This document shows, piece by piece, positions 18,001-27,683 of a stretch of 52,592 nucleotides of DNA; the stretch's first letter is position 1, and each line of letters starts with the position of its first letter. Location: the IMG/VR virus record IMGVR_UViG_3300017760_000007, positions 1 through 52,592 of that record, one strand, 5' to 3'. The translations under genes were made by a program, and so were the position numbers. Under the pieces are notes generated by a model. It did not search any database. It was not told the origin of the DNA and worked only from the letters and a program-made list of their open reading frames with translations. The stretch is from a virus (taxonomy: Duplodnaviria > Caudoviricetes).

Positions 18001-19254
18001 CAGCAAGTCGTCTGGCATTTTTTTAGTGCTTCGTCTAACGATGTTGAACGTGCTACCCTTGAGTTGAAACATATACATATCGGTGTCGTTAGCACATCCC
18101 CACTCAGCAGTTTGGTCCTGTCTGTTTTTGTCACCTGCAACAACTCTAGTACCAAATGTAAAGCCACTTACTCGACCTGGTTGATATCTAAAAGTTCTCT
18201 TACTCTGAAGAACTCCATAATATTCAACCAAAGAACTTCTACCAGGTCTAGTTGCTTCAGTGTCTGCCAAGAACGCTCTTATTAAAAAGAACTCACCAAA
18301 TGCGGGATATCCTTGTCTTCTAATCTCTTCACCACGAGTTTCATCTACCCTATTTACTTCAAGTTCTTCAGTATCGCTAGTGACTCTAGGAAATGGGAAA
18401 GGAAGTCTGTCTTTAATTTTGTCGTATGCTACTGTCCATCTTTCTATAGCATCAAAGGAATCTTGGATATTTGATCGGCTATACTTAACATCGAATGGAT
18501 TAAGCATACCAGTGCCAGACCAACTTAATGTATTGCCTGTAATAGAAATTTGTAAATCATCAGATACAATTTCGTCAAGGTCATTTATTACACTAGCATC
18601 TTCTCTAGAGATAAAGTGCGTCTTTGCAAATTGTTCTTGACCCTCTGCAACCCAAAAATCGTAAAGATATCTTCCGACAGCAATAAAGTTCATATATGCT
18701 ATCATATAACTAGAGTCTGGTTCGTTTCTATTTAACTCTTTAGGTCCTGCAGGGTAAGAATATTGTGTGGGGAAACCTTTTATGTATAATGCTTGCTCGT
18801 CAGATCCCTCGTAAAATCTGACACTTGATCTTCTGCCATAAACTGGGTGTTCTTTATTATACCACTCGTATGGAGATTGGTTTGTGCCTGTAAAGAAATC
18901 ACTAGCATCCCAGTTATCTTCATCAAGACCATAGGTTGCAACATCAGAGAAAAGACTTAATTGCTCTTCTGCTCGTTGCACACCAAGCAAAGAAGAACTA
19001 ACTTCAGAGAACTCTTTAAATTGTTCTTCAATAGCGATGGCGCCACCGCCACCAGGGTCCATTGAATTATTAACGTGAACGCTTAACGCATTAGCTGATA
19101 ATAAAGTCCCGGTGGCTACAGCATCATCTTCAGTTACAAGAGGATTACCGGCATCATCAAATAGTAATGTACCGTCTACATCTATAAGTTGTTGGAATAC
19201 CTTTGTGACTGGAGCCGGTGTTTTGTCGAATCCAATCTTTATTTGCTTTGCCAT
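15016..19254 (-). CDS. Large virion structural protein, paralogue of 19258-24165
   Basis: Shares SKRxFRYQPGRVS, VTMxKIEFSWYGAxGA, YVPxGxGExRWV, KYGxSxYIDGGDxGTxRL and a C-terminal xEQ with the neighbouring gene. Confidence 0.7.
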   Translation of the reverse strand: MAKQIKIGFDKTPAPVTKVFQQLIDVDGTLLFDDAGNPLVTEDDAVATGTLLSANALSVHVNNSMDPGGGGAIAIEEQFKEFSEVSSSLLGVQRAEEQLSLFSDVATYGLDEDNWDASDFFTGTNQSPYEWYNKEHPVYGRRSSVRFYEGSDEQALYIKGFPTQYSYPAGPKELNRNEPDSSYMIAYMNFIAVGRYLYDFWVAEGQEQFAKTHFISREDASVINDLDEIVSDDLQISITGNTLSWSGTGMLNPFDVKYSRSNIQDSFDAIERWTVAYDKIKDRLPFPFPRVTSDTEELEVNRVDETRGEEIRRQGYPAFGEFFLIRAFLADTEATRPGRSSLVEYYGVLQSKRTFRYQPGRVSGFTFGTRVVAGDKNRQDQTAEWGCANDTDMYMFQLKGSTFNIVRRSTKKMPDDLLTRQGLTPPENYQSNNPRENPVRIKGIGKTEELWETIIPRNKFNGDSLDGNGPSGYILTGFEDVTMYKIEFSWYGAIGAKFYAYVPIGVGECRWVLMHTFVIENGLGEPVLENPDFRFRYLVHTANTENIRAPMFLYKYGSSCYIDGGDEGTLRLSTVSADTKQFNTRTPILGILPKENIKNTVGTPNINQKKSYPSTLSVTSDKSCRLDFEEILGSPQGVHFNYSPTIRMNGRNPKSRTLKLQYSTGGNLTGNSAIIPVQPARTNSTLGFNDFLVGETYTEHGFKVNATGSVLAIGSITAPNNFQVDDMYEGNPITGSLSIDAFGTITITNDIKDYGPVPNGSYVRVSGVNSGTANLQAGDYLVSNPLASKTSFTLRTLNGTESGGALGVSGTTIDGMTISLLREFPTSFDSLQVGDSLRIGATDYVIKYFGNNQSSSTGETELTLETSTGGNALNQRANLIYKYNPSDKNAHIIANGVYGRYVDSETSNLLQRRGGNQENAYDLVDSQAVESATGILNSSDFRSSTLSTTDESGIFNAVLSSYHTVVASDVPIHSNKFKIHFLNPDAQDPGSNFGLKHFAEFSVGVTPHKPIGPDDSTRNLDEDPEVKFNKYGQLVQFDRDEFPTIEYAHHGTRFNARTRLVERESDDSYGNRLNIDPRLNLSTNTPKSHAGEANANGDASTVECNVDVNTYVVESIDRDVLDPDSGSNRIKIVFADSAPSVTEIVPDVSEVGFNFAVLNSGVGNTGGSPVKFQSQVVYPPVGSDAKPYVFIDNDSAGDSSTGHFNTLTNGVAEIVIQTKTITIKDDWRATTFASATATEDERERFQNKSFKISKAVSFNTQPLYPVFALADFSRINCVVIEEISETGEIRTHTPNFLTEDDNWNTSISIVQPQSSANNKTPSAFNVIKSDLTSACRYDFSTLNPLRPGNIIYSIFVDANDTTTVELDNVFARDRKGIQRGALNNKGVFITATSIDSALGNGNIQLSLTSKEQ

Positions 19255-19257
19255 ATA

Positions 19258-22200
19258 CTATTGCTCTTCCCATGTTACACCCAAGCTAATTTCGTCAGTG
19301 TTTGTACTTGCTGTATCTGAATCTACAGCGAAGTACAAAGTGTCTGCAATGTCTGTTAGAGGGAACGACAAATATTCCTTATTGTAGTCGAAGTATGTGT
19401 CAAGGTCAAACTGTTCTGTACCAGATCGCAAGTAAAGCGTAGCAACATTCACACCAGTATTTGGAATAGGTACAACACTATTGGATGCAATTTTAACAGA
19501 ACTCAGTCCCTCTTTCTCGTAAGCAGTCTTGTACACAGTAGTCGAATATGCGACTTTAGTGCCATCTGCTAAGAACTTACAATCTGGCATAAATGTACTA
19601 CCATTCACTAGTGTAACAGAGCCTTCATAGCTTTCAAGCAACTGGAAATAGTAATTGTCGGCTTCTCTATGTAGTCTACCAAAAACAGTGATAAACTCTG
19701 AGCCTATTCTTCCTCTAAACCAACCATAAGTCCCTTCACCATTATTTAGGTAGCCTCCACTATTGTTATTATTTATTGGCAAGAAATTATTACTGGTGTC
19801 GATATCAAAGTCTGCTGTCAGAGTGAAAGTACCAGTTGGATTATCATTGGTTTGGAAGGTTGGTGTCTTCTTGAAACGAAGCCTTACATTGGTATTATCA
19901 GTAGTCAAGTTGGCAGTAGAAAGTTTAGTTGGATATACCTGAACTCTGTTTCTTACAGCATTCTGTTCACGAGTGCTAAGAATTGTTTTCTTGGTTTCAA
20001 TGCCATATACGGAAGCCGATCTATCAGCTAGTAAACTAACTCCAGTTAGTGTAGTAGGTGTACCAGTCAGATATACTCTACCCGCTTCAGTCAGTCCCGT
20101 ACCAGTAGTTTCAGCCCAACACGCTTTAATGTTCTGATCTAAAGCATTATCAGTTTTTAATTTTGCACCAATATAGAATGTTGGATCAATGAGTTTACGA
20201 TGAGTCAAAGTACCAGTAATAAGACCTGCAGTTCGAGCAGTCGTAGTTGGGTTACCTGTAGTAAACTGACCATCACTTAGCTGTATTGATGTGTCGCTTG
20301 CTCTAGTCTTAACTCTATAGATTCCATCAGCAATATCAATATTAGTATTTTTAACCTCAACATATTCGCCTAATGCTGGCGCAGGACTCACTAATCCAGT
20401 TATAGTACCAGTACCATTAATTGCCGCACTACTCAAGTCTAGAGTTGCTACAGGGTATGTCTCTGTAACTTCTAGATATGGAGTTGCATTTGTTTCTGAA
20501 TCAATAGTATCAGTAGAGACTGAAGTGGGTAAATCTACAATAGCAAATCTCTTGCCTCTAGCAGATACTGTGTCATCGTTGTTATGGCTGTATAGACGAA
20601 CAGTACCACGGTCACCACCATCGATGTAATACGAAGCACCATACTTAACAATATTGTGCGAATTAGTTTGATAGTCACTTTGATAAGTAGTGTCTTCACC
20701 ATCACCTAGACAGTATTCTGATCCACCACCATAAGTAGTGTAAGTAATTGGTAGTGTTGCGTTACCAAGAGATGCAATCTTCAACTGATTCGATGCTCTT
20801 AGGTGATGTACTCGTACCCATCGTGCTTCACCGTTACCGACTGGAACATATGCTAAGAACAATGCACCAACAGCACCATACCACGAGAACTCAATTTTAA
20901 GCATCGTTACTTTAGTGAAGTCATATCTGTATAAACTGTTCTGATATACTGGTACGCCAGGTATTTCTGTAAAGTTTTCACCTGGTCTAACTGTACCTGT
21001 AGAACCAGTAGCAACATCACTGTATACACGAGTTCTCTTACCTCGTGTATTATTAAATGCCTTATCTGTGGCTTGACCTGAAATACCATCTAAAGCATCG
21101 TGGCTAAATCTTGAACGAGGTACACGATACTCGTAAACGCCCCAGTATTCTGGTTTAACATTATTCTTAATCCAGTTTACATATTCTGGATAGAAGTTTA
21201 TATTGTCAATCTGTGATCTAATGATATCAACATTCTCTGTGCTACCTGGGTTTAGTGCTGTATTGACGAATCCAATATAGCTATTTTCCATACCACCATC
21301 AAGTAGATTATCATTGATAGCATACATATATGGGAACATTGCTCCTCTTGGAACAGCACCAGTTACAGTAGTCTGACCAAGTGTTCTAAATTCTCTCTGA
21401 GCATTTAGGCCAGGGTTTACACCAACTGTATATCCACTAGCATTGTTCACTAGAGTTTGATATGTAGTATCAATTTCTGATACAAAATTTGATCCATCAG
21501 CATTATTACCTATACTAGAAACAATATCATAATCTTTAGGGAATATAAATGGAACAACAGTGTCTATATAGAAAGTACCAACTGTAGTCGCATTGTTAAT
21601 ATCTGTGTCGCTTAAACGTACAGAAGTAAATGCATTATTTACTGGAGTTCTATCCTCTTTAACCAAAGTAAACTCGTTACCTTTAGGACCTATTACTCTA
21701 CGAACTCTTAAAACTTCTCCTTTGAAAATCTTGATACCAGAAGTTTCACCACATTGTAACTCAGTAGCAGTACCTGTCCAACTAATTTTAACGTGCTGAC
21801 TAAAAGTAACCGTACCTTCTGTTAGCTTGAATACAGCTAGTGCCGAATCAGCACCAATCGCACCAGATATTCCAGTAGCAATTGCTTTAACTGGTTTAGA
21901 GTCTTTCAAAAGAGATGGATCGTACACAGCCCCATGAGTATGCACCAATCCATCACGAAGAACAACTAAGTTGCCTGGGAAGCCTTTGTTACCAATTTCT
22001 ATCGCAGTTTGATTTTCAGTCGTGAAGTTGCCTATAATTTTATCGGCAAGATTTTTAAATAAACCACTATCATCAGAAGGATTAGTGCTAACAATTTCTG
22101 CACTGGCGCCAAATGCTCTTAAATCTTTTGCGATAATGTCTCTTAGGTAAGCGTGTCTTGAAATTTCGCTTAGAGTTTCTGCCGCACCACTACCTACAGT

Positions 22201-24165
22201 CTGCGAGTAAACTGAAAGACCAGTACCACGAACAAACATAGAAGCATTGTAAGTAGTTTCAGCGTTACCACCGCCAGCCAAGTCATTCTTATAACCATCA
22301 ACGATATATCCAACATCACGTTGACATTTATTCTTAATAACTTCTTGTAGCTGTGCTTCAGTCAATCCTGCAAATGGTGCTAAAGCAGTTCCAGTGACAT
22401 TACCACTAGTACCACCTGATTGATTCGAACCGACTCCACCGGGCATGGTATACTTAATTGTTTCTGCAACCACAGTTCCACTAAAAGAATTACTGATAGT
22501 TGCATTACCATTCGCTACAAAAGTATGACCAACAAAACTAGCGGCATTTATTCCACCCACACCGCTAAGATTATTATTGCCTGCTAGAACTGTATAAGTT
22601 TTACCTGATTCTATAGTGTTTATTGCTGTTGCATTCGTTCCATCAAAATCATCTGCTCTTTTGACTGTAACATAGTAAGACCAGAAGTTTCTTTTGGTTG
22701 TCATAAATGTTTCTATTTTTTCACTTGCAGATGTTCTTACACCATAATCAGTGGGAATTACAACATCAAATGTATTATCATATGTTGGGTCGACACCATC
22801 ACCTGCTGTGCCAGCCGCATTACCGAAAGAGTTAGCAACAGTTGTTTGTAGTGCTTGAAGTCTTGTTAAACCATCAGCAGATAAACTTAGAAGCGTGTTA
22901 TGATGAATAGTATCGAGAAGAATTTTATGAATAAGCGACTCAAATTGTGAGATTCTTGGGAATACGCCAACCTGAGTGCCAACACTCCAAGTGCCTGTCG
23001 CCCCACTAGATAAGCCAAAGTTTGTTGTGTTCCACTTAGTATGTGCATCTCCACCATATTCAAGATCGAGCAAGAAATTATCGATCCAGTAATCTAAATC
23101 ACGTTTACACTTAGCTTCCATCTGCTCTGCTGATACAAGATAGTCGGTTGTCGATGTAACTGGATTACCGCCAACATGATATGCTAGTTCTGCGTTATAG
23201 GCAGCCGCTAAATCGGCATAAAAGACGCTAGTTGAAGTATATGTTTTACCGCCTGCGGTTTGTTGGTTAGAAAGAGTACCTCTGGCATTAATTCTAGTAC
23301 TATGTGCGTAGCCCGCAATCATTTCTGCACCACTAGTTGTAACAGCCGCATCACTACTAACAGCTTTAGTCAATACTGCATCAACCAGTTCAAATCTTTT
23401 TTCTTTAAGTTTGCTTCTATCGCTAAGAAGAGTTTCTACTACATCGGCTCTTTCTCTTTCACCAAAACCAACTATTCTATAGTCATCTAATTGAGTTTCG
23501 CTTATTCTATCCAGACTTGAACTCTGACTTTCCTTTAGGTTCTTTTCCCCTCTTAATACAGTACCACTATCACCACCTACTCCATACGGACTTATAGGTG
23601 CGTATTGTAATGACTGTGTTCTTCTTACAACAGCGAAGTTATCCTCTTCGCCATCGTTTCTAGTTTCCCAATAGTATCCATCATACTTGTCATAGATACC
23701 AAACTTACGAACAGATGGATTTTGAGAAAAAGTAGCATTAGATACAGATGACTTGATACCGAATGTAGCCGCAGATACACGACCAGGCTGATATCTGAAA
23801 AAACGCTTAGATGTCAGTACAGCAACTTTGTTACGAGATGCTTCTACAAGCGCACCCGCTTCAGTTGGAAGATGCTTAATACCATCACCACTAACATGAT
23901 ATTCTGGCTTCATAGACCATTCAGATGGATTAACATCGTAGGTATTAACGTCAGCAAAGATACCAAGTGCAATCTCTGCTCTTGGAATACCTAGAAGCGA
24001 TAGTGCAACTTCCGACTGTACTTTATTCTGCTCAACAACAGGGATAGAAGTCTGATCAGTTGCCATTACAACAGGAATAGACTTGTCCGCTATTTGTGCG
24101 CCGGGAGTAACTGGAGTAGTTCTACCTACGTTAACTACACTTGTGTTTTGATTAATACTTGTCAT
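19258..24165 (-). CDS. Large virion structural protein with two KCxRD helical repeats
   Basis: 1635 aa. Has the same conserved blocks as 15016-19254 plus a large central insertion carrying the KCxRD repeats and a module-A copy. Confidence 0.7.
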   Translation of the reverse strand: MTSINQNTSVVNVGRTTPVTPGAQIADKSIPVVMATDQTSIPVVEQNKVQSEVALSLLGIPRAEIALGIFADVNTYDVNPSEWSMKPEYHVSGDGIKHLPTEAGALVEASRNKVAVLTSKRFFRYQPGRVSAATFGIKSSVSNATFSQNPSVRKFGIYDKYDGYYWETRNDGEEDNFAVVRRTQSLQYAPISPYGVGGDSGTVLRGEKNLKESQSSSLDRISETQLDDYRIVGFGERERADVVETLLSDRSKLKEKRFELVDAVLTKAVSSDAAVTTSGAEMIAGYAHSTRINARGTLSNQQTAGGKTYTSTSVFYADLAAAYNAELAYHVGGNPVTSTTDYLVSAEQMEAKCKRDLDYWIDNFLLDLEYGGDAHTKWNTTNFGLSSGATGTWSVGTQVGVFPRISQFESLIHKILLDTIHHNTLLSLSADGLTRLQALQTTVANSFGNAAGTAGDGVDPTYDNTFDVVIPTDYGVRTSASEKIETFMTTKRNFWSYYVTVKRADDFDGTNATAINTIESGKTYTVLAGNNNLSGVGGINAASFVGHTFVANGNATISNSFSGTVVAETIKYTMPGGVGSNQSGGTSGNVTGTALAPFAGLTEAQLQEVIKNKCQRDVGYIVDGYKNDLAGGGNAETTYNASMFVRGTGLSVYSQTVGSGAAETLSEISRHAYLRDIIAKDLRAFGASAEIVSTNPSDDSGLFKNLADKIIGNFTTENQTAIEIGNKGFPGNLVVLRDGLVHTHGAVYDPSLLKDSKPVKAIATGISGAIGADSALAVFKLTEGTVTFSQHVKISWTGTATELQCGETSGIKIFKGEVLRVRRVIGPKGNEFTLVKEDRTPVNNAFTSVRLSDTDINNATTVGTFYIDTVVPFIFPKDYDIVSSIGNNADGSNFVSEIDTTYQTLVNNASGYTVGVNPGLNAQREFRTLGQTTVTGAVPRGAMFPYMYAINDNLLDGGMENSYIGFVNTALNPGSTENVDIIRSQIDNINFYPEYVNWIKNNVKPEYWGVYEYRVPRSRFSHDALDGISGQATDKAFNNTRGKRTRVYSDVATGSTGTVRPGENFTEIPGVPVYQNSLYRYDFTKVTMLKIEFSWYGAVGALFLAYVPVGNGEARWVRVHHLRASNQLKIASLGNATLPITYTTYGGGSEYCLGDGEDTTYQSDYQTNSHNIVKYGASYYIDGGDRGTVRLYSHNNDDTVSARGKRFAIVDLPTSVSTDTIDSETNATPYLEVTETYPVATLDLSSAAINGTGTITGLVSPAPALGEYVEVKNTNIDIADGIYRVKTRASDTSIQLSDGQFTTGNPTTTARTAGLITGTLTHRKLIDPTFYIGAKLKTDNALDQNIKACWAETTGTGLTEAGRVYLTGTPTTLTGVSLLADRSASVYGIETKKTILSTREQNAVRNRVQVYPTKLSTANLTTDNTNVRLRFKKTPTFQTNDNPTGTFTLTADFDIDTSNNFLPINNNNSGGYLNNGEGTYGWFRGRIGSEFITVFGRLHREADNYYFQLLESYEGSVTLVNGSTFMPDCKFLADGTKVAYSTTVYKTAYEKEGLSSVKIASNSVVPIPNTGVNVATLYLRSGTEQFDLDTYFDYNKEYLSFPLTDIADTLYFAVDSDTASTNTDEISLGVTWEEQ

Positions 24166-24174
24166 TAATTTTTC

Positions 24175-27100
24175 CTATTTAATAATACCTTTCGCCAATA
24201 CAAAGTCGTCTACCATATTTATAGTACCAAATGCCCCTGTTGTGGCTACGCTTGGATTAGGTGCATCACTATCACCAACTGAATTGTCGTCATTGTACTT
24301 TGTACCAAAAAATCTTACTGTTACTGTATTTGGAGTTGTGTTTCTATCTATATCAGTCACAAGTCCATACTCTGAGAATATGTTAGACCCGAAACTGATT
24401 GTGTGACCATCAATACTAACATAATAGTTACCGTCATCATCAATGTGATTTAAATTGTTAACCTGACAGGTAAAGTCTACATAGTATCTATATGCGTTCA
24501 TTGGATCGGTGTCGCCTGTTAAATAGACATTTTTAGCTGTCGCATCTGCGGCGTCTAATCCACTAGCATTATAGCTACCGACTGTACCCCAACTACCATA
24601 AGATGCAATGTCAGCAACCTTAACATTATGTCTATAGTTTGCTGTCCAAGCTACACCAACATGATAAGAGTTGTGTGGATGAATCTTGCCTGCGGTCGCA
24701 TCACTTATCGAAGCCTTTTTCTTACTGTTAAATAATGTAGCTAATGCGCCACGAGTATAAGCCCCATCAGCATCGATCAAGTTTGATAATGAATTGTGTG
24801 TTCCACGAACGTCATCTGAATTGACTACCTTAAACTGGAATCCACCATTTTCTCGTGTAATGTTTGCATTTCCAGTATGATCTGTAAGCACAATATCTGA
24901 AAGTTTAGTACCACCGTCATTAGTGTATCCTTCAAACTGCTTTCTAGTAACGTATCCAGTAGTTGACACAGTTTCATTAACAGAGTTTCTATCTGCTGAA
25001 GTGTTGTTCTTTTGAACTAGTTTTTGGTTTCCGGCACTGTTGTATGTAAATGTTACGCCCACTTTGTTAATTGGTGCGCCAACTTTTGTCCAGTCTGTAT
25101 TACCAACTTCTCCAATCTCATATTTCTCACCAGGTATCAAATATGAACTTTGAGTAGCAAATTTTTGTGCGGGACTACTAGTGTTTGTATACGAAACTGT
25201 TGTCTGTGCATTAGCATCTAGTTGTTCTGGTCCTGTCTTATTACCATATTCTTCTTCTGACTGTATTTCAATAATAGTGCCATCACCAGTATTATTCTGG
25301 AAGTATCCACGAATAAGTTTAGTTCTGTAAACTATATCACCCGAAGAAGTGACAGAATCTTGAGTTAAGTCAAACACATTACCATTTTCTTGATATATGA
25401 ATGGATCACTCAAGAATATACCACCAGGACCATCTGTTTCTGATCTAATCTGACTTCTCAATATATTAACAGAATCATAGTCACTGTTAAGAACATCAGG
25501 ACTTTGTAAACTTTCATTAGCAGGGCCTACAAGAACATTTGGGCTACTGATAAAGAAAGTAGAACCAAATATATCAAGACCAGATGCACAATTTTTAATA
25601 ACATTATTTGCCACAATAGACCCGTCTCTCGTAACTGTACAATCTATGGGTGCTGTAAAGTTTCTAAATACATTGTTGGTTATCATTGTGTTCTGACCAC
25701 CATCGGCAGTCAATGGTGCAAATGTTTCGTATCTATCAGTTATACCACCATTAGTAACTTCACAATTACTCATTTTAAGATTGGTCGGGCTACTTGCGTA
25801 GATACCACCACCAATCATATTAGTAAACTTACAGTTTTCTAATGTCACATCAACTGAACCAATACCAAGTCTAACCAAAACATTTGTATCTTCGTCAGTA
25901 CCTTGAGCATCATCTAAAAGATATTGATTGGTGTGAGAACCGTCAATATTAATACCAGATAAAGTTACTACTGATGGCGATAAGTTACTTATTGTTCTCA
26001 CCACAGAAGCATCTTTATTACTACCCACTAAGTTGCGATACCCACTCCAAGGCAACTTTTTGAGAGTGGTAAGACCGGTAACTCCAGTTAATGCAAAGTT
26101 ACTAGGAACAGAAATGTTGGAAACATTATATGTTTTTGCATTAAGTGCTAGTGAGTTACTTCCAATGTCAATTTTTTGATTAATAGCATCTTGAATATCA
26201 ATAGTGCTATTATGAGCAAACGAACAAGTTCCATCAATATTAACATATAGAGTTTCGGTTTCGTCAAAGATTATATCAAAACCACCGCCGTCTGCATTAA
26301 GAACATCTTGAATAGTAACGTCTGCCCAACCACGAAGATTTTTAGCATCGTCTTCAGCAGAAACTTCGCCAGATATTGTCGCAGGAAAGTGTGTAAGTGT
26401 TTCCGCTATGTATGAATTATCTAGTGAACTCTTTCCAGACCAAGAGGTATAATCAAACATATAATAATCTTTATATGCAATAGCGATATCTTTAGGACCC
26501 AAGACTGCTATAAGTTTAAATGGATTAGTGTTTATTGTTGCATCTTTTCTATACACCAAAACACCCTGATTTGCATCATTTGTTGCTATGTTTAGACTAA
26601 TAAATTTATCTTCATTAAATGAATTCAATACGTCTTGCACATCAACAGCGCCCGGAGAAGTAAACGATATGGTGTTTTCCCCTACAGGGTCTGCTTGTGT
26701 TGCAGACCTTACTCCAATAGCACCAGTTTTAAGATCAAACCTCGCAACCTTATATTGGAAACTCACTACTGGCTCACTGCTTTGTGGATCAGGGAATTGT
26801 ACGTCATTCTTAGAAACAGTTAATGAGGGCGGAGTATCAAATGATATATTGCCTGTGTCTCCACCATATACCCTGATTCTATCACCAGATTTAACTATTG
26901 GATTTTCGCCAGTTGGTGCAGTAAATAAATTATCTTGATCAACAACTTTAAGACTTCTCGCTCTTTTTGGTGCATTGGCATCGTTATTAGAAATGATGTT
27001 GAATGCGCCAGGTATATCGATAACGGCATCTTTAACATTACCACCATCAAAAGAAGTACTATACTTATTGAACAGCCCTTCAAAACTTGTTTCAATTGCA

Positions 27101-27636
27101 CCATCAACAGAGGCTTGGTTAAAGAATAGGTTGTTTGATCCACTATCAATCATGTCTGCATTAATAGTAAACTGAGCGGTGATTGGTTGCCCCTCGTCTT
27201 CAACTGCAGGCACTGGTATATTACGAACGACTAGTTTCTGATTACCATTAACTTGAGTAACGCCCGCAAACTCCATGTAGTTTTCAAGTCTATCGTTTCT
27301 GGTGATTGCTGTAGGAGCATCTGGTATTCTTTTGTACTGAAAAACTGAATTAAAGTCTTCATATGTACTACCAAAAAATACCTTAGATGCCATCAATCCA
27401 TTAGCGAGAAATGTTTGCGAGTCCCCAGATGGATTTCCTTTACTGTTGATGGCATTGATTATACTATTTGTATTAGTTGCTTCACCAACAACAGACGAAC
27501 TGAATACAAAATCAGATATTTTCTCAGCAGTTACCTTTTTACTGACAAGTTGACCCTCATCATCAACCACAGCAAATATGTCACCTGCTGTTAAGTTGGT
27601 TAAATTGGGGAGTTCTGAAAACTTTTTTGTTGACAT
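24175..27636 (-). CDS. Tailspike-like protein with a right-handed beta-helix (pectin-lyase-like)
   Basis: N-terminal KKFSELP..AGDIFAVVD..SKKVT fibre anchor. IQDAIN cap followed by VTLSGINIDG, VTLENCKFTN, MSNCEVTN, ITNNVFRN and VANNVIKN rungs (~25530-26200). Confidence 0.75.
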   Translation of the reverse strand: MSTKKFSELPNLTNLTAGDIFAVVDDEGQLVSKKVTAEKISDFVFSSSVVGEATNTNSIINAINSKGNPSGDSQTFLANGLMASKVFFGSTYEDFNSVFQYKRIPDAPTAITRNDRLENYMEFAGVTQVNGNQKLVVRNIPVPAVEDEGQPITAQFTINADMIDSGSNNLFFNQASVDGAIETSFEGLFNKYSTSFDGGNVKDAVIDIPGAFNIISNNDANAPKRARSLKVVDQDNLFTAPTGENPIVKSGDRIRVYGGDTGNISFDTPPSLTVSKNDVQFPDPQSSEPVVSFQYKVARFDLKTGAIGVRSATQADPVGENTISFTSPGAVDVQDVLNSFNEDKFISLNIATNDANQGVLVYRKDATINTNPFKLIAVLGPKDIAIAYKDYYMFDYTSWSGKSSLDNSYIAETLTHFPATISGEVSAEDDAKNLRGWADVTIQDVLNADGGGFDIIFDETETLYVNIDGTCSFAHNSTIDIQDAINQKIDIGSNSLALNAKTYNVSNISVPSNFALTGVTGLTTLKKLPWSGYRNLVGSNKDASVVRTISNLSPSVVTLSGINIDGSHTNQYLLDDAQGTDEDTNVLVRLGIGSVDVTLENCKFTNMIGGGIYASSPTNLKMSNCEVTNGGITDRYETFAPLTADGGQNTMITNNVFRNFTAPIDCTVTRDGSIVANNVIKNCASGLDIFGSTFFISSPNVLVGPANESLQSPDVLNSDYDSVNILRSQIRSETDGPGGIFLSDPFIYQENGNVFDLTQDSVTSSGDIVYRTKLIRGYFQNNTGDGTIIEIQSEEEYGNKTGPEQLDANAQTTVSYTNTSSPAQKFATQSSYLIPGEKYEIGEVGNTDWTKVGAPINKVGVTFTYNSAGNQKLVQKNNTSADRNSVNETVSTTGYVTRKQFEGYTNDGGTKLSDIVLTDHTGNANITRENGGFQFKVVNSDDVRGTHNSLSNLIDADGAYTRGALATLFNSKKKASISDATAGKIHPHNSYHVGVAWTANYRHNVKVADIASYGSWGTVGSYNASGLDAADATAKNVYLTGDTDPMNAYRYYVDFTCQVNNLNHIDDDGNYYVSIDGHTISFGSNIFSEYGLVTDIDRNTTPNTVTVRFFGTKYNDDNSVGDSDAPNPSVATTGAFGTINMVDDFVLAKGIIK

Positions 27637-27664
27637 TTTTAATTGTATCCTTAGTAATTTATAC

Positions 27665-27672
27665 TATTTATC
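27665..27672 (-). promoter_or_regulatory. Probable late promoter variant (GATAAATA)
   Basis: One mismatch to TATAAATA, about 30 nt upstream of the ATG at 27636, in an intergenic gap. Confidence 0.5.
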
Positions 27673-27683
27673 TATAAGTCAGA

